Source: Macrostomum lignano (taxonomy: Eukaryota). From it: a stretch of 64,000 bases of DNA. Location: contig NIVC01000109.1 of NCBI GenBank assembly GCA_002269645.1, forward strand, positions 310,001 to 374,000. The letters are read 5' to 3'. This document shows positions 38,416 through 50,810 of the stretch, piece by piece (within the stretch, counting starts at the first letter, position 1; the number at the start of each line of letters is the position of its first letter). The notes beneath the pieces were generated by a model, which searched no databases, was not told where the DNA came from, and saw only the letters and a list, made by a program, of their open reading frames with translations. The translations under genes were made by a program, and so were the position numbers.

Positions 38416-38699
38416 CTGTAAATTTAGCCAAGTGGAATTTTAAACAAGTTACGGCTTGCTTGTTTTCTAGGTAGGCGAACTGCTGCCATGGATGAATTTT
38501 CGCCGCCTGTACGTCAGTGCATTGGCACACAAAATGCAGTCTTGAAGTTACAGGCACCAAGAGCGCAGAGTACCTGCAGTCTTTGAACCGCATGTACTCA
38601 CGAGCATAACTGACAACATTATGTCACATCTCAGCATGTATGAAACAGCTCTTCACCTTCTTTTGGTAAAAAAATTGAAAGTAATTTATCGCTGCGCTC

Positions 38700-39360
38700 C
38701 TGGCGTAAGACTAACAGAATCCGGAAGCTCGAATCCCCAACCTATTATAAGCAAGCCGACGGGGCCGCTGAGCGCACGGTGCAGACGGTGAAGCGCGCAC
38801 TCAAAGCCTGGAACATCAAGACTATTAAAGCTGATTTTATCAAATACCAGGTACTTGTTAGGGATTCTCTTCCATTATCACATCTCATCTACATCAACAG
38901 CCCCTGTGGCAAGAGTTTCGCCGAACTGGTGTTTGTCAGACAGTTGCGACTCCCAGTCGTCTCACAATATGAACAAGGAGAGAAGGTCTTGTATCAACCT
39001 ATTAGCTCGAAACTTCCCAATCAGATTGATTTACTGATGAACCAAAGCCGCATCACCGCTCGGGTTCTCGATGGCGAATCGCTACTCCTAGCAAACACCA
39101 ACCAGCTCCCCCATATCTATTGGAGGATGATGATGATGGAAATGTCCCGGCCGCTGACGTCGAGCCACGTGGACCGGAAAACGAGACATATGCCGGTGAT
39201 TCACGTGATCCGGAACCAGTTGCGGTTGCGCAACCACCGCGACGTAGCAGCCGACAGAAGAGAGCCCCTACGAGTACTCGCTTCCTTGATTCCTGCAGGC
39301 GCTCAACTACTGTCGACTGTCTGTCTACTCTCCCCAATGCGATACCAGCATCCTCCCCTC
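38700..39360 (+). pseudogene. Degenerate LTR-retrotransposon integrase C-terminal fragment
   Basis: SPTYYKQADGAAERTVQTVKRALKAW...GKSFAELVFVRQLRLP and a PPRRSSRQKRAP tail; frameshifted. Confidence 0.8.
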
Positions 39361-39431
39361 TGATGGGTTCCTACTGTTGTTTTTAGCATGCCTCACTATT
39401 CTAGTTCACAGGTTTGCTATCGAAGGGGAGA

Positions 39432-39815
39432 TGTTTTAGCCGTGAAGGACTACGATTTGCTCGAAAGTCTATTGGCACAAGTTGTTACAGTTGTGGCTGT
39501 GTCTCGTTAAAGCTTTATACGTTAAACTGGCAGCGTCTATTACCTATTAGTTTAATTCTTTTCTGGTTAGAATGCCATGCCAGACAAATAAATGCACGAT
39601 CGAGCTCGCATTTTCTAAAGTTCGCTCACTCAAATTACTCGTAGCTGTCGCAACAGGTCCTAAATTTGACCTAGCTTTGCTACTTCTACAGAGCTTACAG
39701 CTATAAAAGTTCCTATTTAAATTGCCCGTCTTTCTCGTCAGTTCTAAAAATAGCCTCTTCATGGTAACTCCGTGGAAATTCCATAGAATTACCGTGGCAA
39801 AAACCGTCAAAAACA
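39432..39815 (+). repeat. Probable 3' LTR of the degenerate element
   Basis: Follows PPT-like GAAGGGGAGA; TGTTTT...AAAACA inverted ends; contains AATAAA. Confidence 0.55.
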
Positions 39816-41402
39816 AGGTACTAAGCGAATAGCAAAAGCAAACTGAACAGAAATTATCTGTGTTTTAATGTGTTTATCGAATCGGTCGAATATCAGTCGA
39901 CGTCGGTAATTAACTAATGTTTAGCTCCACACTAATTGCTGTCAAAAAGCTGAGACATTGTTTCCATTTAGATATTCATTTTGACAGAAAAAGTTAAACC
40001 GCTGAAATTATCGCGTACGACGTGCTGCAAAATACAACATAGAAGTATATGAAGTAGAGTAAGAAGTACTTACAAATTCCTCTCAAACAGAAGTTTATAA
40101 ATCTGATGCAGCTTCCTTCTCTCAACACATTTTTGCCGTTGAAGCGACGAACCGCTACAATCAATAACTGCAGTTACATGATTCAAAAACAGATGTGGCT
40201 ACGATATACTATGCAAATGGCCGAAATTCCCAAGGCAAACCTCTGGAAATCCCGTGGCTTTTCCCCGGAATGAAAGTTTATGAAGTTTTTCGTAGTACAG
40301 ATAGATTTAAAACTGACTAAGGTCGCAAAAGCTAATTATACTTAGAATAGTTGTCGTTAATCACTACTGTAGAATCTGTCCCAGCATCACCATTGCGATC
40401 TCCATCAGCATCATCAGATTAACCAAGAATTGAAATCCGCAATTCACAAATATGCTCGTAATTGATATACATGGATTTGAAATGAGCACGAAATGAAGAA
40501 GCCAAACACAATCAAGTTGTTACACAGATGTTAAAGAAAGTGTTGAAAAAGTTACCGCAGGCCAAGTATGTACCTGTTGACAAGCGGAACTAAGGCAACT
40601 TTTTTAATCAAAAGTTTTAGTAAGAATATTAGGTTCAGTTCAGTGCTCCAGAAGGCGCAGGCGTTCGATAGAAGTTTCTAAAAGGATTTTATTGAACACA
40701 AGGAAATGATCTAAAAGAATGTTGAACATATAAAACAACCCAAAGTTGTAATACAAAACTTAGCAAATTTATTAATAAATAATACGAGACAATCGCAGAT
40801 TTTACGCAAACGAGCGGCCCAATGGATTCGACAACAGTAAGTTCGAATCTAATCGAACCTAATGAAAATAAGATATTTTTGCAGTCAGCAAGCTTTGGGG
40901 CAGTTGCCTTAATCCTCCAGAGTGGCAGAGCGCTACACTCAAGATAACTCTTCCCCTAGTGTACGGCCCAAACGTGTGACTGGTGAGCAAGAACTTCATA
41001 GTTGGAGCATTGGATCAATAATTTCATGTCTGCTAAAGGCTTATCATCGCTCTCTAACCTACCAATCAGCAACAGTATGAGTCTAGAAGATGAAGATAGT
41101 GACAACTAGCTATATGAAACGGCCGCAACTAAGAACATGCACAAAGATCAGTGATCAGATGCACAGCCTAGTCATCGAAGCCTTGGACAAAGGTGAGCGA
41201 CCGCGACCAATCGATAATATCGAAAATCAAAAATATACTTCGTATAAAGCCAGCTCCTTTATTTCTAAAAGAAAAAAAATTCCAAGGCGAAAAGCCTACA
41301 GTAAAACAAAACAGTTTTACATCTTATAAAATTTCGACGAGTGCAATTTAAACGTGGATTCTGGGCAGTTGCATGAAGCCTTTATTCAACTCATCAACAA
41401 TG

Positions 41403-43916
41403 TCAAATTGGCCGCGCTCTCTTCAAAGCAGTTCCGGACTCTGCAAAAATCCAAAAGTGTATTTAAAAATTAATTTAAAAACTCGCGAAGGACGAAACAA
41501 AACTTTTGCCAACTTTGAAACTTTCTCAAAAACACAAGAACGTACGTGGAGGTGTTCCGGTGTTCCACTTAGAGCAGTTGGATTGATTTCTTGCAAAATA
41601 AATGTTGAGCTTCCCACTTTTCCATCCATGGCTGTGGACAACAACCAAACAATTCAGCCGTTCATTGACAGTTGCGTTCCTCAAATCGGGAGTCCTCACC
41701 TGAAGTAGGTGCTGGAAGTCAAACGTGTCAAAAGCATTCCAACAGTTAGCTGTTTAGAAATATTTAAATGCATGTGAGGGCATTTAAAATCATACCAATT
41801 TAGGATGGTGCGAACACTACATCCTCATATAATAGTCAGACGAAATTCTTCCTTCTGTACTGGAATATAGGTATATTACCTTTTTAACAGCATCGACATC
41901 GACCACGAACTCAGTTCGGTCTCTCGTGAGTTTATTGATGACTGTGAAATGTACCTTTAAGTCACTCTTCTGAATGCCTGAATTTCAAATGAGCGCAGTG
42001 CTTCACAAGTTATATCTGTTTCCATAAATTCTTAATAGTTTTAAAACCGAGCGAACCTGTTGTAGGGGTACTGGTGTGGATCGCCAGCATGCTGCCGCCC
42101 TCCATTGGCACTTCCGCTGGGTTCAGACAATCGACCTGTACAGTCTTATTTTCCTCTGAAAAGGATGAAACGCATTGACAAATGACCATTATTGACTGAG
42201 AGTTCAGAACGAAACTGAGACACTCACTCTCACTGACGATCGGGTCGCTGAACACAGTGCTCAGCTGCCCTTCTCTACCAAAGAAATCGACGAATGAGAG
42301 CGAGAACGCCAGTCGAATGCGACCAAAGTTTTTGGTTGTGTATTGAGTTGACGGAGCTGTGGGACCTGAAACAGCGCCAAGTTTGTACGTAGTAAGCTTC
42401 TTTAACTCAGACTTTAACAGCAAAAAACGAGGCAATATGAGAACATATCAGTTTTTAAAGGATCACGAAGAACAGAATGCTCACAATTTGGAAGCTGAGG
42501 AACATTTCTACGTCTGGCTTCCATGCCGTCTTCAATGTATTTCTTAGTCTTCTTTAGGAGGCAGATGACAGCCAGTCGCTCAAAGCTGAAGAGTCAATCA
42601 TGCAGTATCACTACTTTAATTCGAAAATAAAACTCTCACTGTGCGATCAAATCTGACAATTAATAAATTAAATATTCTCGCCGAAAAATATTGAATTGAC
42701 CTTTCATGTGTCAGCCATGAATGTTTACTCACGTGATCTCCCATTCACCCCCAGAATCTCTCAATGGATCAACAGACTTCTTCAGCTGGAAATATCCGTC
42801 GCTGCAGTGGTCTCCGTGCAGGTAGTACGGATGAGGAGCCTTCTCCTCGGCGCTCACGGTGCACACAGTCAGCTGCAGCTGCGAGTGCACAGCTGGGTCG
42901 ATGTCGCTGACGCGAACTCTCATGAAGCTCTTGTTGCCATCGGTGGAGCTCCTGCCGAGCAGCAGGCCGCGAACTCTGCCGCTGTCCTTCTCGATCTCCG
43001 ACTCGTAGCGAAATCGGTAGAATCGAGCCGGCTGCTCCTCGATGGTCAGCGACGGCGGCTGCAGCTCTTTCAGGCTGAGGAGCTGGGGCTCCGCTTGAAG
43101 CAGAATGTCTCTGCCAAAGTATCTGGCTTCACTTGCTACGATTTCATTTAGAAACTAAAATCGCATTGACAATTCCGGAAAGAGTTATTTCACAGAGCGA
43201 GAGCTGCAGATAAGATGACTTGATCTAACTGGTGCCTTCTTCAAAAACTAATGAAGACAAAAATATCCAAAGGACAACTAAAGTAACATGGATATAGGAC
43301 GCGACACTCACGTTTCCTGGTGAAAAAGTTTTGAAGGCCAATTTAGATAAATATTTTGCTGAATATTACCGCTTTGCAATTAGCATTTATTTATACTGTT
43401 TACAGATTATACACGGCTAATTGAAACCTTTCGAAGAGTTAGAAATGGAGTTTAAGGCATGTAACTAATTTTAGATAGTAAGGCATACCTTGTTGAAAAA
43501 ATGGGTTACCTTTAGACGCGAATGCTATTTTATCTTAAAGGGAAATAAATTTCGAAGGTCCCAGCGAAAAAAGACATTTCCACGTGTATTCATTCAAAAG
43601 TGACATTGTTGGGAAAGGTGGCCTTTAAAACATTTTTTATGGATTTCGAGTGTTGCGTCCTTCTACTTTAGTAGTCCTTGAAATATCCTGGAGTAATGTT
43701 ACAAAATACGAACGCACTGAAAGTCAGTTCTAGATATTAAAGCTTTTTATAGCATAAAAACTGGGTTTAGAGTCGTGTGCTCACCGCTTGCGAGCTTGTA
43801 GCCGCAATCATTGGGTTCCGGTCAGGCTCATAGGACAACAGATGCTTAGCGTAGCCCCCTGCCAGCTGTTGCTGCCCCAGAGCTGGCGAATGAATCTGCA
43901 GCTGCTGCATTGTGAC
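41403..43916 (-). CDS. NF-kB/Rel-like gene copy B (RHD+IPT+putative NLS): exons 43916-43785, 43154-42733, 42585-42485, 42365-42228, 42155-42057, 41977-41880, 41711-41546, 41440-41403; start codon not certain
   Basis: All junctions GT-AG and in phase. IPT: CLNPAEVPMEGG..GIQKSDLKVHF..HLLQVRTPD. The predicted last exon ends KRARPI*. Confidence 0.8.
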
Positions 43917-44984
43917 CTGTACATTTAGCCAGGTGGAATTTTAAACAAGTTACGGCTTGCTTGTTTTTCTAGATAGGCAAACTCTTAGGATAGGATGAAT
44001 TTTCGCCGCCTGTACGTCAGTGCATTGGCACACAAAATGCAGTCTTGATATTACAGGCACCAAGAGCGCAGAGTACCTGCAGTCTTTGAACCGCATGTAC
44101 TCTGAGCACAACTGACAGCATTAAGTCACATCTCAGCATGAAAATAAAAAGCTCTTCATAATTCACTTTTACTTTTTACTTTTAATTTACTTTACTTTCA
44201 CATAAAAACTTGCCTGCCTGAACTCTAGCGCTGTCCTGACCAGTTTATAAACAAGTGACTGGAATCTTTTTAATGCTGAACTTGGCAGAAAATTCTCGAG
44301 CTCCTACATCACATGAATTAGCTAGAAAAAAATGCGCACATAATATTGTAAATAGGTTAAACTTACCCACTTTGGAATTCCAATGCAATCAAATATTTAT
44401 TAATTGATAGACAGTTGCAAGTTGCAGACAGGTCGAATACAATATGCAGTGAGTTGGTATCCAAGCACTCTGCTGTATTAATTCACTAAAAATGATAGTA
44501 CCTTGTAAAGACTGTACATAAAGCTTTCTAAATTACACTCAGTGTGCCGAACAGCTCAACCGAGTGCAGCTTTGCTATTGGCCAGCCAAGGGAAGAGAAG
44601 CTTGATTCATACAGACTTGGTCTCTCTCTTTGCTGTCTGCTTACAAATTCAACAAGATTTTAGTTTTGATGCTTTCGTATACTTTTTGAAGGGTGTAATT
44701 TTAGCATATAGAGTTTCATTCTATTCTGTAGGTTTGCAGCTTCTGCACTGTTAAGTGTAAAGTTTCGTGACTGTACATGTTTGTTACTGTACATGTTTGT
44801 GACTGTACATGTTGAAAATAATATCTGGCTTTGAGCTCCGGTGCAACACAAACTCGGTGGGCCTTTTTTAGCGTCCTGTGTATGGTCTGCCTTTGTAGAT
44901 GGCAAACGCTTTGGTGCACATCGCCTTCTTGTTTGAACCATTTCTTGTCACCGCAGAGCTCGATCTGTCGTAGTCATGGCTCTT

Positions 44985-45140
44985 TCAGGTGACTCATTTA
45001 ATTAAGGTGATCATGCAGGTGACTCTTTTAGGTGGACTCATTTAGTTTAGGTGAGCAGGTGACTCGTTCAGGTGACTCATTTAGTTTAGGTGACCAGGTG
45101 ACTCGATCGTTCAGGATATTAGATGACTCGTTTAGGTGAC
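44985..45140. repeat. Short GGTGACTCATTTAG-type repeat cluster
   Basis: Repeated GGTGACTC; TGACTCA at 44990 and 45073. Confidence 0.7.
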
Positions 45141-45707
45141 ACATCCCTGAATCATTCCTATGGCAGTCAGGTAACTAAAAAAATATTTTAAGATTCCAAA
45201 GTCCTAACCCTATTTCATATGAGTACTTTGCACATACTCATAATTTGATTAAATAGGCTAAGGCTGATAAAGCACCTGACAGATCAGTATGCTCAGAGCA
45301 AGTCTTTGCAAATGTATAACTCTCGTACAAAGTGTAATAGCTCTAGAAGCGGTCAAAAGTATAAAAGATGAGTCACTTACACTTAAGAATGTTTTACCTC
45401 AGATATCCGTTAACTTTTAAAGCTGTATATTGGGGTTAAAGGTTGAAAATATATGTACAGTGTACTAGCACTGAGTCTGACACAAAAGATTACATCGTCA
45501 AGGTTGGCAGAGTACATTTAGTTCTACATGTATATCACTCAGCACGCTGGTTTTTCAGCACTAAAGCTGTTTTTCTGTCAAAAAAGACAATCACTCTTGC
45601 AAAGGCCTTTTTAGAGCGCGAGAGCCTAAAATGTAGAAAGGCGATGGGGGACTGTCAGGTTGCTCAGAAATGGTATAATCCCAGCTTATTAAAAGCGTTA
45701 TATCTAC

Positions 45708-47021
45708 CTTGAATTTGCTCTTGCATCGACGTCTTAACCAAAATGATATTTATCTCTTCACTTTCGAATCCATTGCTACAGACGGTGACGGAGCATTTCT
45801 GGCGGTCACTGACAGACGCTTGGCTCATCTCAGGTGCCGTGACCAAGAGGATATGCTGATGTCAAATCATGTGCTCATGTCAGTAAATATGAATTGAATT
45901 ATGAATAGGAGCGCTTATTCTGCTTAACGCATTATTAGTTTTTACCTTCTTCATTGCGTCCACGTCTCGAACATAAACAGCTTTCTGTTTCGTGTCAACA
46001 TTAGTGACAATAAAGTGCACTTTCACATCCCTCATCGGGATCCCTGTGGTAGGGTTGCTTGAATGAATGGCAATCGTACACCTGCCCTCAATCGGCACTT
46101 CCACTGGATTTAGACAGGTGATTTCAATGTTCTTCTTTTCCTCTGGAGAGCAAGTGTGTGGAATGTGTTACATGCGCAACATTAGCAAAATGGAAGACCA
46201 GCAAGATACTTACTGGCACTGCTGATCTTGTCGCTAAACTCAGGGTTGTTCAGCTGCCAGTTCTGACCGTTTGTATCAGTGAACTCGAGACAGAAAACCA
46301 ATCGAATTTCATTCAATTTGTCTGTGGCGTAGTCTTTACCTGATGTTCGAAAACATGATCAAATAACAGCTTCCCTTAGCATAAACCAGATGCTGCAGAG
46401 TGCTCAAAATTTGACTAATTGTGAGCATATTGCATAATATAAAGCTTTTACTTACAGTGCAGAAAAGCAGGCAAGTTATTGCGTCTTGCTTCCATGTCCT
46501 TCTCGGAGTTTTTGTTCTTTTGCTTGGTCACACGGATGACTGCCAGCCTGTCAAAACTGATTATAAAAGGTCGAAGGTGCCGAATTCTGTTCTGCTGAAA
46601 AAATTACAAATAGAAATCCAAGGGGTATTTACCTAACATCCCAGAAATCTTTGCTAGTAACAGACTTATTCAGCTGGAAATATCCGTTGCTGCAGTGGTT
46701 TCCGTGCAGGTAGTACGGATGAGGAGCCTTCTCCTCAGCACTCACGGTGCACACAGTCAGCTGCAGCTGCGAGTGCACAGCTGGGTTGATATCGCTGACG
46801 CGAACTCTCATGAAGCTCTTGTTGCCATCGGTGGAGCTCCTGCCGAGCAGCAGGCCGCCAACTCTGCCGCTGTCCTTCTCGATCTCCGACTCGTAGCGAA
46901 ATCGGTAGAACCGAGCCGGCTGCTCCTCGATGGTCAGCGTTGGAATTTGCACATCGGCGGGCTGGTCGAGTGCATCAAGGAGATGCACGGATTCGCTGCC
47001 GCTGAATAGCTCGACTTCCGG
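45708..47021 (-). CDS. NF-kB/Rel-like gene copy C (RHD+IPT): exons 47021-46633, 46556-46456, 46339-46214, 46142-45946, 45855-45708; termini unresolved
   Basis: RFRYESE, FDRLAVIRVTK, IRLVFCLEF, CLNPVEVPIEG, HILLVTAPEM..SNGFESE; phases consistent. Confidence 0.82.
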
Positions 47022-48073
47022 CTGCAAGTTTGGCTTGAGTTGATGAATTTAAACAAAGACGATTTCACACTTTTCACAGAAACGCATGCATAATGGTCAA
47101 ATTGGCAAAATCTTTATATGCTCTAGGGTGGATAAACATTCCCTTTTAAATGAGATGAATTATTATAGAGTCGGTAAAACCTGCTCTCTGAAGTCATTAA
47201 TTTAAGATTAATGTAAAGATTTAGGGGGTGTCAGTTTGGCAGAAAATCTCTATTTACACTTCTGCCCTGCCCGCATTCAATTGAGTACAGTACTGTAGCT
47301 AAAATAAAATGTAGATTCACGGGAAAACCGTGTGATTGCCGCGGACTTTCCTTCTAGCTTTAAAAGTTGTTGAGATTGATACGTTCGTAGGCTCGTATTC
47401 AACTTAAATGTGGATAATTTCTGTTGTTCGATTGTGTGACAGACCGGATTCCAAGATCAAAGTACTTCGGCGTCACTTAAGTATCACTGATAAGCGCTTA
47501 GTATCAATTAAGCACCACCGATGAGATTTTAGCGCCATGGCAGTGCCACCATCGCAATGCCCATGCAGCCCCTACTTGCTGCACTGTCCAATTTGAGTCA
47601 CTTACAAATCCGGGCACCAGTTGGTTTGGCTGCGAAGAAGCTAGGGTCTCACGAAGCTGGACTGGACGAAAAAGCATGATTTTCAATTTCAACTTGCTGC
47701 ACTTTTATTCACTTAACTCGTATCAGTCCGTTCTATCGCGTCTGTCGTACTGTACACCAGTTTCAGGCATACAAGATCTTATGAATATACCGCACAATCT
47801 CTCTGGGGGCTAAACCGTGGCCAGTCTGTGGGAATTCTGCAAAGGTCTGCACACAATAGCAAGACTTATAGTACACTCCACTTGTCTTCATTATGAATTT
47901 AATATTCATTAAATGCGCAGGCCGAGAGAGTACAGCATTTTATATTTTATAAGTATTATTTGGGGTCAAGTAATTAACAGTAGAACTACCAAGAGGGGGG
48001 AATTCCCGCCTCCCCTGACAATTTTTTTCTGCGCCGTATTGGAGCAACGCTCGCACAGGGAATTTAAGAAAAC

Positions 48074-48717
48074 GGGCTCAATTTTTGCCGCGCACCTTCT
48101 CAAACAAGAATCAAGTCACCAGCCCTCCGAACCGTCGAGATGTTCGACGATTCTGCCAGAAGGTCGGATTTTTCCCAAAAGCGCCAGTGTATTCAGTACA
48201 CCCTCCAGTGCAGTCTTGCCAATCGTTCAAATATCATCAGCACGTCGACCACATGCGTCTGCGTCAGCTCTGACTAATGAAAAATCTGATGCTGATTTCT
48301 CGAGTTTCGCTGATCAAGCCTCGACAGTGGGCAAGCCTCAATTGCTCGACATTCTCGAGCACTCTCGAGCATTCCGTCATCACCCGGACGCCGTCGGCAC
48401 CTTCAACAGATTACACCAGGCGACTATGGACATGCAGTTGATTCAGTTTATGGACATGGAGCCACCTGCTGAAGGTCCAGAAGCTCCGTCTGGGTGAAGG
48501 CCAGTGATGAACAAAGCCGGAGCTGATGCAAGCACATGTGGTCGACGTGCTGATGAAACTTGGAGGCTTGGCAAGGCTGCACTGAGGCTCAGTGCTGATT
48601 GGCACACAGGGCTAAACTGAATACACTGGCAGAATCGTCGAATACACCCACGGTCTGGGGGGCTGGCGACTTACATGTAATTCTTGTTTGAGAAGGTGCG
48701 CAACAAAAATTTAGCCC
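48074..48717. repeat. Degenerate foldback element with ~200-bp imperfect inverted arms
   Basis: 48074-~48270 (GGGCTCAATTTTTGCCGCGCACCTTCTCAAACAAGAAT...CATCAGCACGTCGACCACATG) matches the reverse complement of ~48520-48717. No TSD seen. Confidence 0.7.
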
Positions 48718-48894
48718 ATGTTGCATTCCAGCTTGTGTCATGCCTTTGATGAAGTTTTCCTTTTGGTTGAACAGAACCATTGAAGCTGTAGTAAAATTGA
48801 AATGGCGTATGCTTGACTTGGCTTATTTTAGCTTGTATTGGTAAACTATTATTACTTAATCTTTCCTCGTTAAGATTTTCCAAAGAATCATCAT

Positions 48895-49460
48895 TGGGAT
48901 CTCTTCCAGGATCATCACTGAGATCTCCTAGAATCTTTATCGGGATCTCCCAGCATCATCATTGGGATCTCCCAGCATCATCATTATGATCTCCCAGCAT
49001 CATCATTGGGATCTCCCAGCATCATTATTATGATCCCCCAGCATCATCATTGTGATCTCTCAGTGTTTTCAATGGGATCTCCCAGCATCATCAATGGGAT
49101 CTCCCAGCATCTTTATTGGGATCTCCCAGCATCATCATTGAGATCTCCCAGCATCATCATTAGCATATTCCAGCATCATCATTGGGATCACCCAGCATCA
49201 TCATTGGGATCTCCCAGCATCATCATTATGATCTCCCAGCATCATCATTGGGATCTCCCAGCATCATCATTATGATCTCCCAGCATCATCATTATGATCT
49301 CCCAGCATCATCATTATGATCTCCCAGCATCATCATTATGATCTCCCAGCATCATCATTATGATCTCCCAGCATCATCATTATGATCTCCCAGCATCATC
49401 ATTATGATCCCCCAGCATCATCATTTTGATCTCTCAGTGTCTTCAATGGGATCTCAAGGA
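48895..49460. repeat. 22-bp minisatellite GGGATCTCCCAGCATCATCATT
   Basis: Tandem periodicity; 8 exact GGGATCTCCC. Confidence 0.92.
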
Positions 49461-50019
49461 TTTTTCAGCATCATCTCAATTGAATTTCTGTAACCCCTTG
49501 TTGTCAAAGAAAAGAATCTTTGATTTAAAATTTTAACAACTCCAATTTTATATATTTGTGATATTAGACACGAAGAATCTCCGCACAGAATCTCAAGAAA
49601 CACCCAGGGCTGCTAAGATAAAAGACCAAACTGGACTTAAAATATGCAATGCTTTAACGATAAATAAGCATACCGAAAATTCTGGAGCATAACTGATCCG
49701 CAATTTTCCAGATTGTTTATAATTAAAAACACGCATGTTATTAACCATGCAATTATACTGACTTCGAATAGCATGCCTGGATGAGTAGTCAGAGTAGAAT
49801 TAATTAATATTCAGTCACAACTAGAAATCTGCAGAGCAGTTGTTTCAAAATAAATTTATCAAAATTATTCCAGATTTTCAAGTTTGCTGCCTTGGTCTTT
49901 TGCGCGAATCTCGAGTGTCTGAAAGCGAGTTTTGGAGTAAATAATATCATCTTTATTAATTTTGATGCTACGAGATATGATGATATGATGATGCTCGTAG
50001 ATATTTATCTAATGAACCA

Positions 50020-50760
50020 GAATCCCAGATTCCCCAATCCCAGCTTCCCCAATCCCAAATTCACCAATCCCAGATTCCCCAATCCCAGATTCCCCAATCC
50101 CAGATTCCCCAATCCCAGATTCCCCAACCCCAGCTTGCCCAATCCCAAATTCACCAATCCCAGATTCCCTAATCCCATATTTCTCAATCCCAGATTTCCC
50201 AATTCAAGATCCCCCAATCCCAGATTCCCCAATTCCAGATTCCCCAATCCCAGATTCCCCATCCCAGATTCCCCAATCCCAGATTCCCCAATTCCAGATT
50301 CCCCAATCCCAGATTCCCCAATCCCAGATCCCCCAATCCCAGATTCCCCAATTCCATATTCCCCAACCCCAGCTTCCCCAATCCCAAATTCACCAATCCC
50401 AGATTCCCTAATCCCATATTTCTCAATCCCAGATTTCACAATCCAAATCCCCCAATCCCAGATTCCCCAATTACAGATTCCCCAATCCCAGATTCCCCAA
50501 TTCCAGATTCCCCAATCCCAGATTCCCCAATCCCAGATTCCCCAATTCCAGATTCCCCAATCTCAGATTCCCCAATCCCAAATTCACCAATCCCAGATTC
50601 CCTAATCCCATATTTCTCAATCCCAGATTCCCCAATTCCAGATTCCCCAATCCCAGATTCCCCAATCCCAGATTCCCCAATCCCAGATTCCCCAATCCCA
50701 GATTCCCCAATTCCAGATTCCCCCAATCCCGGATTCCCCAATCCCAGATTTCCCAGTCCT
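50020..50760. repeat. 15-bp minisatellite AATCCCAGATTCCCC
   Basis: Tandem periodicity; G-run-rich minus strand. Confidence 0.92.
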
Positions 50761-50810
50761 ATATGCCCCAAATCTCTAATTCCCTATCACAAATTCCCCA
50801 AAGCTGGATT

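Noticed and set aside
36590-41130. Penelope-like remnants or hammerhead ribozyme (CTGATGAG at ~36726; GAAAC-containing segment near 41090-41120)
   Set aside because: I could not build stems I-III or a GAAA core, nor find clear RT/GIY-YIG motifs; it needs an Infernal/RepeatMasker run.
48675-48785. Possible extra Rel exon (FNGSVQPKGK...)
   Set aside because: Overlaps the arm of the inverted repeat and lacks the LAVI.V motif of the true second exons.
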